Source: Hyaloraphidium curvatum SAG 235-1
Taxonomy: Eukaryota > Fungi > Monoblepharomycota
Reading direction: 5' to 3'
NCBI GenBank assembly: GCA_025558095.1
Contig: JAIVFI010000025.1
Coordinates: forward strand, 558,001-622,000
Length of the DNA: 64,000 nucleotides
The notes beneath the pieces are model-generated. The model saw only the letters and a program-made list of their open reading frames with translations, had not been told where the DNA came from and ran no database searches. Each line of letters begins with the position of its first letter. The first letter of the stretch is position 1. Position numbers and translations under genes: made by a program. Below are positions 9,500-21,127 of the stretch, piece by piece.

Positions 9500-11719
9500 A
9501 TGTCCTCTCTTGGCCCCATGGACCGCGCAAAACGAAGCCGCGACGATGGATACGCGACTACGGACGTTCATTCGTGTCCTTCGTCACTCGTGGACCTCCC
9601 AGACGAGCTGCTCCTCGCCATCCTCGCCCTTCTTCCCCTCGCGGACATCTTCGAGCTCCGATACTTATGTCGACGCGTCTTGCCGTCGGCCAAGGTGGCT
9701 TTCATATCCTGCGCTCGTTCCATTTCGGTGCACGACGGCGATTTCCGGCTCTTTTGCTCCGAGATGACCCAGGTCAACAGTCGACGTGAGGTTCCCGGCG
9801 AGCGGCTCAAGCCGTTCGATCTGGGACGCATCGCTCGCACCGCCGGTGTTGCCGGAGATAGCGCCATGGTGCGCGGCATCTCGAAGTTGTACTTCTGGGC
9901 GCTGGGCGAACTGGCCGACTTCCTCCGTGGTTTCCGGCCCTCTGTGCGGGACCTGGCCGTGCTCCTGGAATCGAAAGAGGTCCTGGAATCCAAGCCCGCG
10001 GCGGAACAGCGCGAGTTCCTGCGGAAGTTGAATCTTTCGGCCCCCGAGCTGCGCAGTTTGATGCCCGCTCTTTTCACTGTTGTTGACCCCGGCGTGCGGT
10101 GGGGCTTCCTGGCAGCGGCGGAGACCTGGGCAAATGAAAATCAAGCTGCTGTAAATGATGACGGCCGTCTGGCCAGTTTCCTTGCCGCGGAGGTTGAGTT
10201 ATGCCGGCGCAGACGCGGGGACGCCGCTTCCGTCATTGGCCAAGGTGCACAAGACCTCTCGGCTTTCCTGAAGGCAAGCGTTCTCATGTGCTGTCCCATC
10301 TCGTGGACCGAGAAGGGAGCCATCTTGTCTAGGTGGGCTCGTCATCGTAGCACGGGCTCGGCGTTGGGGATTGCGAACGACTCATTCGTTGGCTTGAATT
10401 GTGCGAGGGCGGCTGTTTCGGCCCTCGCGAGTCCGAGTTGCTCCTCGGCGGACTGTATGCTGCCGACTTTCAGCGGGAGCTGGCCGGCGAAATCATCGTC
10501 ACGATGTTCGACACCCAACTGCACCCGGACAGTCGCCGGATTCAGGTCTGGGACCTCGACCTGCGTGCAACACTGGGGGTAGAGCCGTCGTCAGGGCCAT
10601 CAGCCGCGTCAGCGAGGTGATTGAGGTCGACCGCGCTCGCCTTCAAAAGTACCTAGAGCTGCGCGGCGCCTTCACCGAGGAGGAACTCGAGGCCGGATTG
10701 GTCCCAGGGACGGGCTTCAATCGCCCTCCTCTCCCAAAGTGTCGCTTACTGCTGTCGTTCCACCAGCCCCTGAGCCGGGTCGCCTTTGCCTCAGTCGCAG
10801 TCTCGTTCCTCTTTGAGAAGGGCTGTCGCCCCATGGATTACCTCGCCGCGGGACGATTCGCCTGGCAGCCTTGCGCTCCCGACTCGAGATCCCTGGAAGA
10901 CCTCGGCAAGATCGTGGCATGCGCCTACGATACCTCGCCGGCCCTTCTTTTGCATCCTATGGCGTGAACGCGCTGGCCGCGACCAAGATGCTGGGCGCCG
11001 CGTTCCTAGAACGCGAGTATCAGAGGCGGACCGTTGACGGAAGGGAAGTCTCGCGGGCGGACATGGCCGCGGAGTTTGCTGAGGGCCTCGCGTTCGGCCT
11101 GCAGGCCGCGGCATCGTTCATTGACCCCGCTCCAGCGCTCCTGGGACATCTCCTGCACGATCGATCGCGGGCGTGGTTCCCGCCAAGCTCCTTCCCCGCG
11201 CTGCTCTCCCGCCCCAACGTTTCGTCCCTCTTTGTCACCTTGCGAGATGTCATGCTGTTCATCGTCCACCACGCATTCGAGGACGAACCACTCGACCACC
11301 CCCGGCTGGAAGTGGAAAGGCCGTCGGACCTGAAATGGCAAATGGACTGGCGCGGCACGGACCTCGATGCGCCGCTCGCCCCCGCGCAGAAGGCCGCGCT
11401 GCTGGGGGAGCACTTGCTGGACTTGGTCCCCACGGGGTCCAGGGAGATGCACCCGGCGTGCTACTCGGCCGTGCTGCGGCTGAGGCCGCTGCGGGCGTGC
11501 AACGGCCGGATGGGGCATGCGTGGGCGCCCGGGAATCCGGCGGATGGGGACGAGGAGGACGAGGAGGACGAGGACGAGGACGCGGACGAGGATGACGACG
11601 AGGGGAGCGGAAGCGAGGAGGACGGCTGGGACGAAGACGGCCTGGAGGGAGGCGGGAGTGGGAACGAGGAGGAGGACGGCTTGGATTCCGACCGGTCCGA
11701 CTCCGACGAGGACGACTAG
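9500..11719 (+). pseudogene. F-box protein split over three frames, with acidic D/E tail
   Basis: F-box LVDLPDELLLAILALLPLADIFELRYLCRR; frame changes near 10450 and 10960 (frameshifts, assembly errors or unseen introns). Confidence 0.7.
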
Positions 11720-12435
11720 CCGCCCGTCGCTAGATGCTATTTCAGGGCTTCTTGTACTTCTAGCGAGTGAGAAAGAGAGTAAGGATCCAGGTCGTCGACG
11801 GCGACAACGCGTGATTCAAACCCGGGCGCGGAAACTTCGACGGCGGCATTGTTGGCCGGTTCCCCCGTATTCACGGCATTTGAGCGAGTCTCCATCCGGA
11901 GCAATGTTCTCCTTTTCAAGCTGCCGGGGGCCGTGCTGAGCTCGTGATCCATGGCAATGCTGGGGGTTTTGGAGCGATGTGATGGGTGTCCCTCTCGGGC
12001 GGCATTGACCCCTCCTTGACGTTTTTCCGACGGCCGGTCAGGATATTGAACGAGCAGAACCAGCAGAGCGACACCACCCGTTGGCCACCACGGAGGCTGA
12101 TGATGAGGCTGCGCACGTCATTTTCGCTTACGGAGCGCGGAAGGACTCGAGTTGCCGAGAAGCCTCTCGGACCGACCTCACCAGCCTTGGTCCGACGGCG
12201 AACTGCCAACGCAGTTTGCCGAGGTTGGGGTGCATCAAGTGAGTTGGCCTCCAGCTGACAAGGTTCTACTTGTGGATTGATGCCTGACATATGCCATCGG
12301 ACGCCCGTGTACCCGTGGGACCGAGTGAGATTTCCCAAGGGTGCCGGCCGGTTGCTTGGCCACCCGTCCTGCCACAAAAGCCCGCACCTGCAGGCAAATC
12401 GCATCGTTTTGCCGACGGCAGCGAACCAGCGAGAC

Positions 12436-13146
12436 ATGGAGCTCTCTCCCGCCGCGCTCCTGGCCCCTCCGCCGTCGTCCCCCGCGGCGCGGCATTCTGC
12501 GCCGGCGGCGCCCTCGCCGCGCGACTCGCCGCGGGACGCGCTGCGCCGCGACGCCGCCTTTGTGCGGTCCCTCATCGGCGACGGCTCGCCGCGCTCGCAG
12601 TGCTCTCCGTGTTCCGTGGCGTCGGACGCCACGCTCGTCGAGGGGGGCTGCGCGGCGTGCCGCCCGGAACTCGGCCCCCCTTGCTGGATTTGCAACCTCC
12701 GGGCCGCGGAGCCGGAACTCTTCTCGCACGAGGCACACGAGGCCACCCCGGACATGGCGGCTTTTTTCCCTCCCCTCGCGGGCCGCTCCGGAGGGGACCC
12801 GGTCGCCTTCGACCCCGGAGCCGATATTCCGCACCCGTGGACCCTCGCCGGCCCCGCCTCCGATTCCCGTGAGGCCCGCCGAACGCAGAGCCTGCCGATG
12901 CCTTCCAAATTGCCGGCCCGGGCCGCGGGCAAGCCCAAGGTCAGGTTCAACCGTGAGGTGGAGCGCGTGGAGACCTGGGGCAGGGAGGAGTACGAGCGCG
13001 GGCCCGTTGGGGCGTCTGTCGAGGTGCAGGAGCACGGGCGTGCGGACATTATGCGTTCATTTTTCGACCACGGCGCGCTCGGGGCGTGCAGCGGCGACGG
13101 GGCGCTGCCGGACTTGAAGGCTTACTGGAAGACTTGGAAGAGCTAG
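12436..13146 (+). CDS. Disordered protein with PP1-docking RVxF-phiphi-R motif (family copy 1)
   Basis: LRRDAAFVRSLI; CxxC..CWIC; KVRFNREVERVETWGREEYERG; LPDLKAYW. Confidence 0.75.
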   Translation: MELSPAALLAPPPSSPAARHSAPAAPSPRDSPRDALRRDAAFVRSLIGDGSPRSQCSPCSVASDATLVEGGCAACRPELGPPCWICNLRAAEPELFSHEAHEATPDMAAFFPPLAGRSGGDPVAFDPGADIPHPWTLAGPASDSREARRTQSLPMPSKLPARAAGKPKVRFNREVERVETWGREEYERGPVGASVEVQEHGRADIMRSFFDHGALGACSGDGALPDLKAYWKTWKS

Positions 13147-13441
13147 AATCCGCTACGTCGGCAAAGATGTACTGCGCGACCAATCAACGACAACGATCAC
13201 GATGCATGCAACGAGGGTGTTCGATACATAGCCTGGTATTCGGTATTGCGCGCGGTATCCCAGCAAGCGGGATGGAAGGGCTGGTGACGGTGAGAGCGGG
13301 GAGACATTGCAAGCGCCGCGCGCCATCGCAGCGTCGATAACGCCGGCAGCTCGCTGCGACACTCTGCCGCGTAGTACGCAGTACGTGCCCGGTGCGCCAC
13401 GACTCCGGCCGAAATCGGACCGCCTGTATCTATTGTTTCCG

Positions 13442-15479
13442 CTAGAGCTTGGTCCCCCCGCTGTTGGCCCTCGGCGCCGGCGCGCCGGTGAACGACGGCA
13501 TTTCGTAATCCGGGAAATGCTTGGCCAGCCACTTTCTCGCGTTGTCCATGCTCTTCTCCATGATCTGCATCGCTCGTCAGCACGCCAACCGACATTGCAC
13601 ACGCACCAACCCACCGCCGGCTCGTCCTTCGGGAACCAATCCTCGGCGTAAACGTCTCCCGCCTGCTCCCACCCCCCTTCCAGCTCCCGCATCACCCCCT
13701 CAGGATTCCACAGCGTCCCCTTGTGCTTCCCCTCGTTCCCCGGCTCCGGCAGCGCCACCGCGAACCCCGGGCTGACCCGCCACCCGAACGGCGTCCCGTT
13801 GAACACCGCCGCTTCCCTCCCCCTGAAACCGGGTACGAGGGTGGCGGCGGCGACGGGGAGGCACGCGGCGGGGCGGACGCCCTCGGTGTGTGAGTCGACC
13901 TGCGCGAGAGGGTGCAGGAAGAGGGAGGAGCCGGAGATGTCGACGGAGAAGGAGGCGGATTCGATGGAGAGGACCTGGAGGAGGCCCTGGATGCCGAAGG
14001 CGACTGCGACCGTCGGCGGTCAATGACAGTCCACACAAATGCTTTTGCGAACTGCGGGCTCACCAGAGTTCCACTCGGGTCCCACGACGCCCGGCGCCTC
14101 GTTGCCCAGGTCTACCCTGACAAAGGCCACGAAGCGGCCGTACCCCACCTTGCGCATGTGCGGGTAGATAAGCCTGCAGGCGCGGAAGGTGGTGCGGAGG
14201 AAGCGGTCGTGCAGGGCGGCAAAGTCGCGCTTGGCGGCGTCCAGCGCGGGGTCGGGGTCCGCGGTGGTTGGCCAGGGGTAAGTGCTCGCGAGTGGTGCCT
14301 CTGTCGGACAACACCGAAGCCAAAGGTCAGCGAAGAACCCGCGACGATCGCCCGGCGAGACCGACCGCTCCAATCGAACATGCACAGGTCCACCCCACCC
14401 AGTCCCCCCACCACCTTCTCCAGTGCCTCCTCCGAGAACCCGTCCACCTCCACCCTCCCCACTTTCGCCCCGCCCGACTCGAGGCGCCCGCAAAGCTCGC
14501 TCATGCTCTTCCCCGGGATCCCTACCACCACCACCCTCCGCTCCCTGAACGCCTGCCGCGCGTTGGCGGCGTAGATCCGCGGCACGTCCACCCGCGGCTC
14601 CAGCTCCAGCCGCGCAAACCATCCGAAGCCGCCGTACCACGGGCTACCGTTCTGCGCGGCCCCCTTCTTGCCGGCCAGCATTGCGACCACCGGCGACACG
14701 AGGTCGGGGTGCCCGAACTCGGGGGCGGGGCCGGAACCGAGCACCGTGCCGCCCATGCGGGTGGCGGCGCCGGGGAGGAGGGCCGAGGCGGAGATGTCGC
14801 CGGGGAGGGCGGCGAGCTGGGAGGAGAGGGAGAGGAGGAGGCCGATGAGGGAGTACTTGCAAGTTCCGTCTGCCACGGCTTGGGTCAGAAAGAGAGAGTT
14901 TGGCGAGGGAGAGCGACGTACAGTTGGAGCCGCCGAAGGAGCCCCAGACGCCGCTCGAGGAGGAGGTGAAGATGACGCGGCCGTAGCCCTGGCGGACAAA
15001 GTGCGGCACCGCGGCGCGGGCGGCCGAGTAGGCGCCCATCATGTTGATCTGCCACATGAGGTCGAAGTTGACGTCGGACATCCGTTCCAGGCGCGCAGAA
15101 CTGGGAGCCATAGCCGAGAGACGCGGAAGACGGGAGACAGTCAGGAACACAGGGCAACCTCGACAAGAGAAATGTCCCACCGCAGAATCCCGGCGTTCAG
15201 GACCAGCACATCGATCCTCCCGAACCGCTGCACCGCCTCCTCGACCAGCTTGTCTCCATCGACCGCGCTGCGCGTCGACCACGCGGCCTTGCCCCCGTGC
15301 CTGATGATTTCCTCGGCGACCGTCCTCGCGACCTCTTCTTCCTCGCCATCGCCGCGCAGGCCTTTGCCGGTGTCGTTCACGAGCACTTTGGCGCCCAGGG
15401 CGCCCAGGAGGAGCGCGTGGGAGCGGCCGAGACCGCGGCCGGCGCCCGAAACGAGGGCGACGAGCCCATCGAGCCGCAT
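13442..15479 (-). CDS. Peroxisomal FOX2/MFE-2-like tandem short-chain dehydrogenase (multi-exon)
   Basis: VALVSGAGRGLGRSHALLL, VLVND, DVLVLNAGILR, YGRVIFTSSSSG; second degenerate SDR (MRKVGYGRFV); last exon ends ...NSGGTKL-stop (PTS1-like). Confidence 0.75.
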
Positions 15480-15639
15480 TATTGCGGTACGCGGTGTAAA
15501 CAAACGTCCTTTGAGCAGATCAAGGAGTTGTCCCGGGCCTTCCAGGTGCGCAACGAGGGCGGACGGAACCGAGTTTGCCGACGCGCGCCCTTGCCACAAG
15601 CCTCCACCGGACGCGAGCCCGAACAACCCCCGGAACGCG

Positions 15640-16700
15640 ATGCCGAGCTCGACGCCCGTCTCCGGCTCCTCGCGGCCGAGCACGGTGCCCGAGCAGGCGC
15701 GGCCCAAGGTCGTCCGCGAGGGCGCGAAGGCCCCCGGCGCCCCCAGCGAGGACGACCTGGTCCGCGTGTGGGAGCTGCGCAAGAAGGGCCGCCTCGGACC
15801 CGAGTGGACCGTGCACGAGCTGTCGATGGAGAATGCGAACGAGCTGCTGGACGAGCTGCTGGCGAGGCACCCGGGTTGGGCGATTTACCAGCATGGGAGC
15901 GCGGACGAGGTCAAGAACGTGACGCTCGCGCCTGCAACGACGCCGGCGTACCGGGCCAAGGCAAAGGAGATGCTGGAGATGATCAAGAACCTCAAGTGCG
16001 ACACAGGGGCTAAGCAGGTGCTTTTTCCGGTCGGGGCTTGCCGGGGGTTGGCTCACCCGGCTGACCCCGGGCCTTTCGCCAGGTCTTCTATCACCGCAAC
16101 GTCGCCAACATGCTCGGCTCCTTCGACATCCAGGACGGCGTCGTGACGACCATCTCCGAGGACCTCCTCCTGGAATCCCTGGCCATGGGCGCCGCCTGCG
16201 GGGGCGTCGTCATCGTGCGGCTCTTCCTCGACAAGAAACCCGCCGTGCTCGTCGCTCTCCCGGCTTCCGAGGCCGCAAAGGGCCACACGTGCTGCTCGTC
16301 GGGGTGCCGCAAGCCCGCGACCGTCGAGTGTCCCGTGTGCACCGAGCTGGGCGTGCAGCAGAGGTACTTCTGCTCGCAAAAGTGCTACGACAAGGGGTGG
16401 AAGATCCATTCGCGCAAGCGCCACGGCGAGTACCAGTGCGGCATGTGCGACGAATGGCATTCGCGGGACAACCGGGTGCAGGTGGGGCGCGCGCGATTCC
16501 GCAGCCCGTTTCCGGAGCCGACGCACGGCCCGCAGGTCAGGGCGTTCCGGTTCGTCGGCGACGATGCGGAGCTGCGCCGCGCCACGCCGGACAAGTGCCA
16601 AGAGCTGTGGAAGATCGCGATCGGGCTGTCGGCCAGGGAGAAAGGCAAGGAGATCTCGCCCGTCGACCACGAGCCCAACAGCTGGGTCCAGTTCCTCTGA
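15640..16700 (+). CDS. Protein with MYND-like zf-C6H2 zinc finger
   Basis: CCSSGCRKPATVECPVCTELG..YFCSQKCYDKGWKIH; intron ~16018-16082. Confidence 0.75.
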
Positions 16701-16852
16701 GGCGGCAGAAGCGCTGCCTCGGGGTACGCGGCGAGGTGGAGGGAGCTGAGGATGGAGGCGAATACGGGCTTTGTCTTGCTTTTCGAGGTGGACTCTCACG
16801 TGGTGTTGCTCGGCCGTGCTATCGCATTTCTGCAATGGATCGACATCCCTCC

Positions 16853-18895
16853 CTATCTCCACCCCGGCACGCTCGTCCTGCTTCCCGCCGAGCTCGCCAG
16901 CGACCCCGGCACGCTCACCACGCTGCTCCCCGTCGGGCTCCGATCCACCGGCTGCTGCGCCCCCCTCACCAACCCGTCCCAACTGAACCTCGCCCCCTCC
17001 CCGCCCGCATCCTCCTCCATCTCCTCGATCTCCCCCGTGTTCGCCGAAATCTCCGCGACCCCCGCCGCGTGCAGGGAGGAGAGGAAGGCGTCGGCGACCC
17101 GCCGCGCGCCGAGGCCGTACGACGCGCCGAGGAGGTCCAGCGCGCGGGCAAACGTGCGCGCGCCGAGGCGGAGGTCGGCGGGGGATGCTTCGCGGTCCGC
17201 GTGGGGTTGTTCGGGGGAGGGAAAGCCGCCGGATGCGGAGAAGGCGGGGGCGGGGTTCAGGGCGTCGAGGAGGACGGTGCCCATGGTCGCGCAGGCGCCG
17301 ACGACGGCAAAGGTGCCGCCCTCGAAGGCCGGGTCGCGGGAGAGCAGGCAGCGGAGGAGGGAGGCGGCGCGGAGGGAGCGAGCGCGCGCGGCGCGGAGGA
17401 AGCCCAGGAGGAGGAGCGATTCGACCGAGAAGAACTCGGCAAAGAGGAACATCTGCACCAGGGACGACGAGTAGCGCGGGTGCGGGAGGAACATGGTTTC
17501 CCATGCATCCAGGAAGGGCGCGGCGTTGCCCTGGGCAAAGGGGATGCGGATCTCGTGGGGCAGCATCGAGGCGGCGACCTCGGGGATCGAGGCCACGACG
17601 ATGCCGACGTCCCTGCTCGGCGGGAGGTCGTCCAGCGCTGCATCGCGGCGCATGCGGAGCAGGTGGTGCCGCGAGTAGTTGGCGAGCTGGATGATGTGCA
17701 GCGCCGAGGCGCCGCTGAAGGCCAGGTCGGCCATGTCCCGGGCGAGCCGTGTGGCGCCGGGGGCGAAATCGTCCTCGTTGGTGGAGGGGAAGGAGATGCG
17801 CGGCTCGTGGCCGTCGCGGAGCTTGCGGAGGATGGCGAACCCGGCCTCGGGGTCGGGGTGGTCGAAGGCGTTCTCGGGTGCCGCCACGGGTTCGTTGGTG
17901 TGGGGGGCGAAGTAGCGGCCAAAAGTCTGCCTTGCCGAATAGTGCGCTGCGCCCAAGTCGAAGCCGCACACGACGATGCGGGCACGGAGCACGTGCTCCC
18001 TGTAGATCCATTCGCCCGCGGTTATGGGGGCCTCAAGGGGAAGGCGCAAGAAGAGCTTCTCCGCCGCAACCGCGGAGAGCTTCAGCAGGGGCAGGGTCTT
18101 TCCTGGCAACCCAGCGATCGCCAACAACTTGCACATGAGGGTGGCGGTCAGAACGGCCTCGAGGTCCCCTTGCGGCGCGACGGCAGCCAGCAGGTCCCGC
18201 GCGCGGAGGCTGCACCACCGCGCCACGGCGAGCCGCTCGCGGTGGGTCAGGTCCGTCACATGGCGGATGCCGGAAGCGGCGATGGCGTAGAGCAGAGCGA
18301 GTGGCCTGCGCCTGGGGAAGCTTTGGCAGGGGCTGCCCTTGATTGCCCGTTCGAACGCGCCGCGGTGGACGAAGGGGAGTACGCGGTGCGTGTGCGACCA
18401 GAAGCGGCGCACGGCGATGAAGAGGAGGTCCTGCGGAGTGGGTGCGCCCGGGCCGAGGTCGGGGAACGGCAGGGCGGGGCCCAGGGAAGGGGGCGGGGAG
18501 GCGGGCACGACGACGCCGGCGAGCGGGACCCCGCGGTTGAGCAGCCAGTCGAGCGGCGTCTCGGGCAGGCTCTGCCAGCCGAGCACGCTCTCAGACGGCG
18601 CCCGCGAGGCGGCCGACGGCGACCGCACGACCGCCCGAGCCTCCGCGGCGGGCGGGTTCGGCTCGCGGTCGAAGTCCAGCGACACGCCCGAGTCCTTGCG
18701 CTCGGCGGGATCCGGGTCATCGCCGCCGTCGTCGTCGCCGTCCGCGGGGCCCTGCTGCCGGCGCCGCTCGGCCTCCGCCGCGAGGAGCTCCCACGACGGC
18801 GCGGCCTCGTCGGCGGCGGCGCCCGGCCGCTCCCCCACCACGCCGCCCACCGGTGCGTTAAAGACGGAGTTCGCCAATAATGTCGCGCCCGACAT
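16853..18895 (-). CDS. Fungal-specific transcription factor (Fungal_trans / middle homology region) protein
   Basis: FWSHTHRVLPFVHRGAF, LLYAIAASG, DLEAVLTATL, REHVLRARIVVCGFD; no Zn2Cys6 cluster seen in the ORF. Confidence 0.75.
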   Translation of the reverse strand: MSGATLLANSVFNAPVGGVVGERPGAAADEAAPSWELLAAEAERRRQQGPADGDDDGGDDPDPAERKDSGVSLDFDREPNPPAAEARAVVRSPSAASRAPSESVLGWQSLPETPLDWLLNRGVPLAGVVVPASPPPSLGPALPFPDLGPGAPTPQDLLFIAVRRFWSHTHRVLPFVHRGAFERAIKGSPCQSFPRRRPLALLYAIAASGIRHVTDLTHRERLAVARWCSLRARDLLAAVAPQGDLEAVLTATLMCKLLAIAGLPGKTLPLLKLSAVAAEKLFLRLPLEAPITAGEWIYREHVLRARIVVCGFDLGAAHYSARQTFGRYFAPHTNEPVAAPENAFDHPDPEAGFAILRKLRDGHEPRISFPSTNEDDFAPGATRLARDMADLAFSGASALHIIQLANYSRHHLLRMRRDAALDDLPPSRDVGIVVASIPEVAASMLPHEIRIPFAQGNAAPFLDAWETMFLPHPRYSSSLVQMFLFAEFFSVESLLLLGFLRAARARSLRAASLLRCLLSRDPAFEGGTFAVVGACATMGTVLLDALNPAPAFSASGGFPSPEQPHADREASPADLRLGARTFARALDLLGASYGLGARRVADAFLSSLHAAGVAEISANTGEIEEMEEDAGGEGARFSWDGLVRGAQQPVDRSPTGSSVVSVPGSLASSAGSRTSVPGWR

Positions 18896-19273
18896 TGGCG
18901 TCCGGGCGGCACGCAACTGGCAGCATAGGGGATAGTGCGTCGAGGGGGTCAAGACCCTGCGACGAAAGCCGCCGACGTCATAGGGGTCAGTTTCCGGATG
19001 CCGGTCAAAAGTGTTGACCAACCCGGCGGACCAAGAGGGAGAAACTCCTATCCTGCTCTGCAGGTGGGCTTTACTGTCCCCGGAGCCGTGGTAGCGTTTG
19101 GACATGGAGGGGATCGGAACTGTCGGGCCGTCCCCTGCCGCAGATCCTTCCATGCGGCGAACCCATGTGCAACCGTCCACCGTCACCGTGCGAAAGACTC
19201 TTCCGCACCGGGATCATCCGGAGACCCCTAGCGATGTGCGCCTCTCGGAAAGTGACTTTTTCCCAACTGCAAG

Positions 19274-19999
19274 CTACACATGCCGCTTGAGCACCTTCAA
19301 CCAGAATACGCTTTCGAACGATCCCTCGCTCCCTTCCTCCGCCCGCATCTCGCCCCAACCGCTTCCCTTGGGCACGCTTCCCGATCCACGCCTGACCACG
19401 ATGCTTGCCTCCGCCGGCCTCACTCCGAGATCCTCCAATCCCTCGGCAAACGCGCCCGCGGCCTCCATGGGGTCCGCGCCGCGGGCGTACTCGTGCCGGT
19501 CCCAGGTTTCGTACACTTCGACGGCGAGCAGGAAACGCACTCGCTTGGCCACCTTGCGCGGGGGCTCGGCGGCGGCGGCGGCGGGCGGTGCGCACCGCGT
19601 GGGGAGCGAATGGAAGCGCGGCGGCGGCGCGGGCCACGCGAGGGGCAGGGAGTGGTGGCGCCACGGGGAGGAGGAGTAGCCGGGGCACGCCCGCTCGCCG
19701 CAGTCCCCGTCGTCGGCGGCGGTGCTCAGCGAGTCGCAGGTGCCCGTTCCCGACTGCGCGTCGCTGTCAACGGCGGCGTCGGCCTTGTCCGCCCGCAGCC
19801 ACTCGTCGTCGCCGAGATCGACGAACGTCTCGCTGGAGCCCCATCGCGGAACGCCCGGCACTTCCGTCGCCGGGAGGCACCGCTGCGCTCCCCCGACCGC
19901 GCCGTCCGCCGACGCCCACCGCGGCACCAGCGACCGCACGAAACTCGCGTCGCGGACCCACGCCTGCAGCGGGCACGGATCGGACGCGCGGCGGGCCAT
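19274..19999 (-). CDS. PP1-docking motif family, copy 2
   Basis: WVRDASFVRSLV; SSETFVD; KRVRFLLAVEVYETWDRHEYARG. Confidence 0.75.
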   Translation of the reverse strand: MARRASDPCPLQAWVRDASFVRSLVPRWASADGAVGGAQRCLPATEVPGVPRWGSSETFVDLGDDEWLRADKADAAVDSDAQSGTGTCDSLSTAADDGDCGERACPGYSSSPWRHHSLPLAWPAPPPRFHSLPTRCAPPAAAAAEPPRKVAKRVRFLLAVEVYETWDRHEYARGADPMEAAGAFAEGLEDLGVRPAEASIVVRRGSGSVPKGSGWGEMRAEEGSEGSFESVFWLKVLKRHV

Positions 20000-20355
20000 C
20001 TTCCGGTGTTCTTTGTCACCGTCGACGGGCGGGTTTTGGAGATGTGGAGCCTGGATGAGCCCTTGCGTCCTGTGCGGCGTGGCGCGTGCGTCCTGGATCC
20101 CCCAGCCGCCGCGGGATGCATCGTTCGCACGCAGACACGGCAGAAAACTGGTAGCGGACGTGCAGGTCGGTGCACACATGTTCGCCGACGCCGATTTAAC
20201 GGTCCCGGATTGCTCCAGATGCGAGATTGAGCCCATCGTTCATGGCACGGTGCGACTAACGTCATCCGCCCGCAGAACTGCACGGGATTTTTGAGTTCGA
20301 GGACGTACATCCTGCACAGCATCCAACCCGATCGACCCTTCCCCACCGGGGTCAT

Positions 20356-20860
20356 CTACAATGCTGCGTTGGGGAGCACCTCCAGCTCCCCCGACGCCTC
20401 GCGGCGGAAAAACACCTCTTTCCCAGACGCCCGCCTCCCGTGCCCTCCCGCGCGCAGCCGCGGGTGCGCCAGCGCGCCCAACGCGGAAGGGTGCCCGGAG
20501 GGCTCGGCGCGGAGGAGGTGCGCGACGAAATCGCCGGCAAGCAAGGAGACGTCCGGCAAGCCGTCGGGGAGGGAAAAGTCCGCCAGCGCGATGCGCGGGA
20601 ACAGCTCGGTCATGGAAAGCGCCGAGGCGAAGGGCGGGGCGGAGTTCAGGAGCAATGCAGCCGGCGGACCAGACGTCCACGGCGGTCAAGTCCGGCTCGA
20701 TGGCCATTCAGGACGGCAGACTCCTTCGTCCATGCTCTTCCCCGAAGTCCTCCAGAAACACTCCCAGCTCCCCTTACGCCTCCCCTGCGATCCGTCGACC
20801 TGTTCTGCCATTACCCGGTTGGCAAGTCTGGATGCTGGTGCTGCAGGTTCCAGCGAGCAC
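20356..20860 (-). pseudogene. Decayed CAMK-like kinase
   Basis: Fragments in shifting frames: FLEDFG, DVWSAGCI, LLNSAPPF..ELFPRI...VSLLAGDFVAHLL.AEPSGHPSALGALAHP (kinase subdomains VII-XI). Confidence 0.65.
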
Positions 20861-21127
20861 GACGCGGGCCACCGCGGCTTACAACAGGGCATGAGCTTTC
20901 CCGCTAGCTCCCCGCGCGAGCTCTTCCGCATACCAAGCAGGATCGATGATTTCGCCCATGCTCGCTGCCCAGGCACATCACGTATCGACGGGCGGCGTGC
21001 CTATGGGCGGCGTGCGGTCCCCGATCAAATCGATCGCGTCAGGAATGTTCGACGAGGACTCACTTTCTCTGTCTCCCGTAGCTCAGTACCTTGCCGACCA
21101 CCGGCACCTTCTGATCTGCGTCGACAT

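Noticed and set aside
11547-11716. GAC/GAG-rich tandem tract
   Set aside because: Simply encodes the acidic tail of the F-box gene.
16289-18880. Very long antisense or alternative-frame ORFs (also 29248-31383, 40228-42600, 59906-61336)
   Set aside because: Shadows of real GC3-rich genes on the opposite strand.
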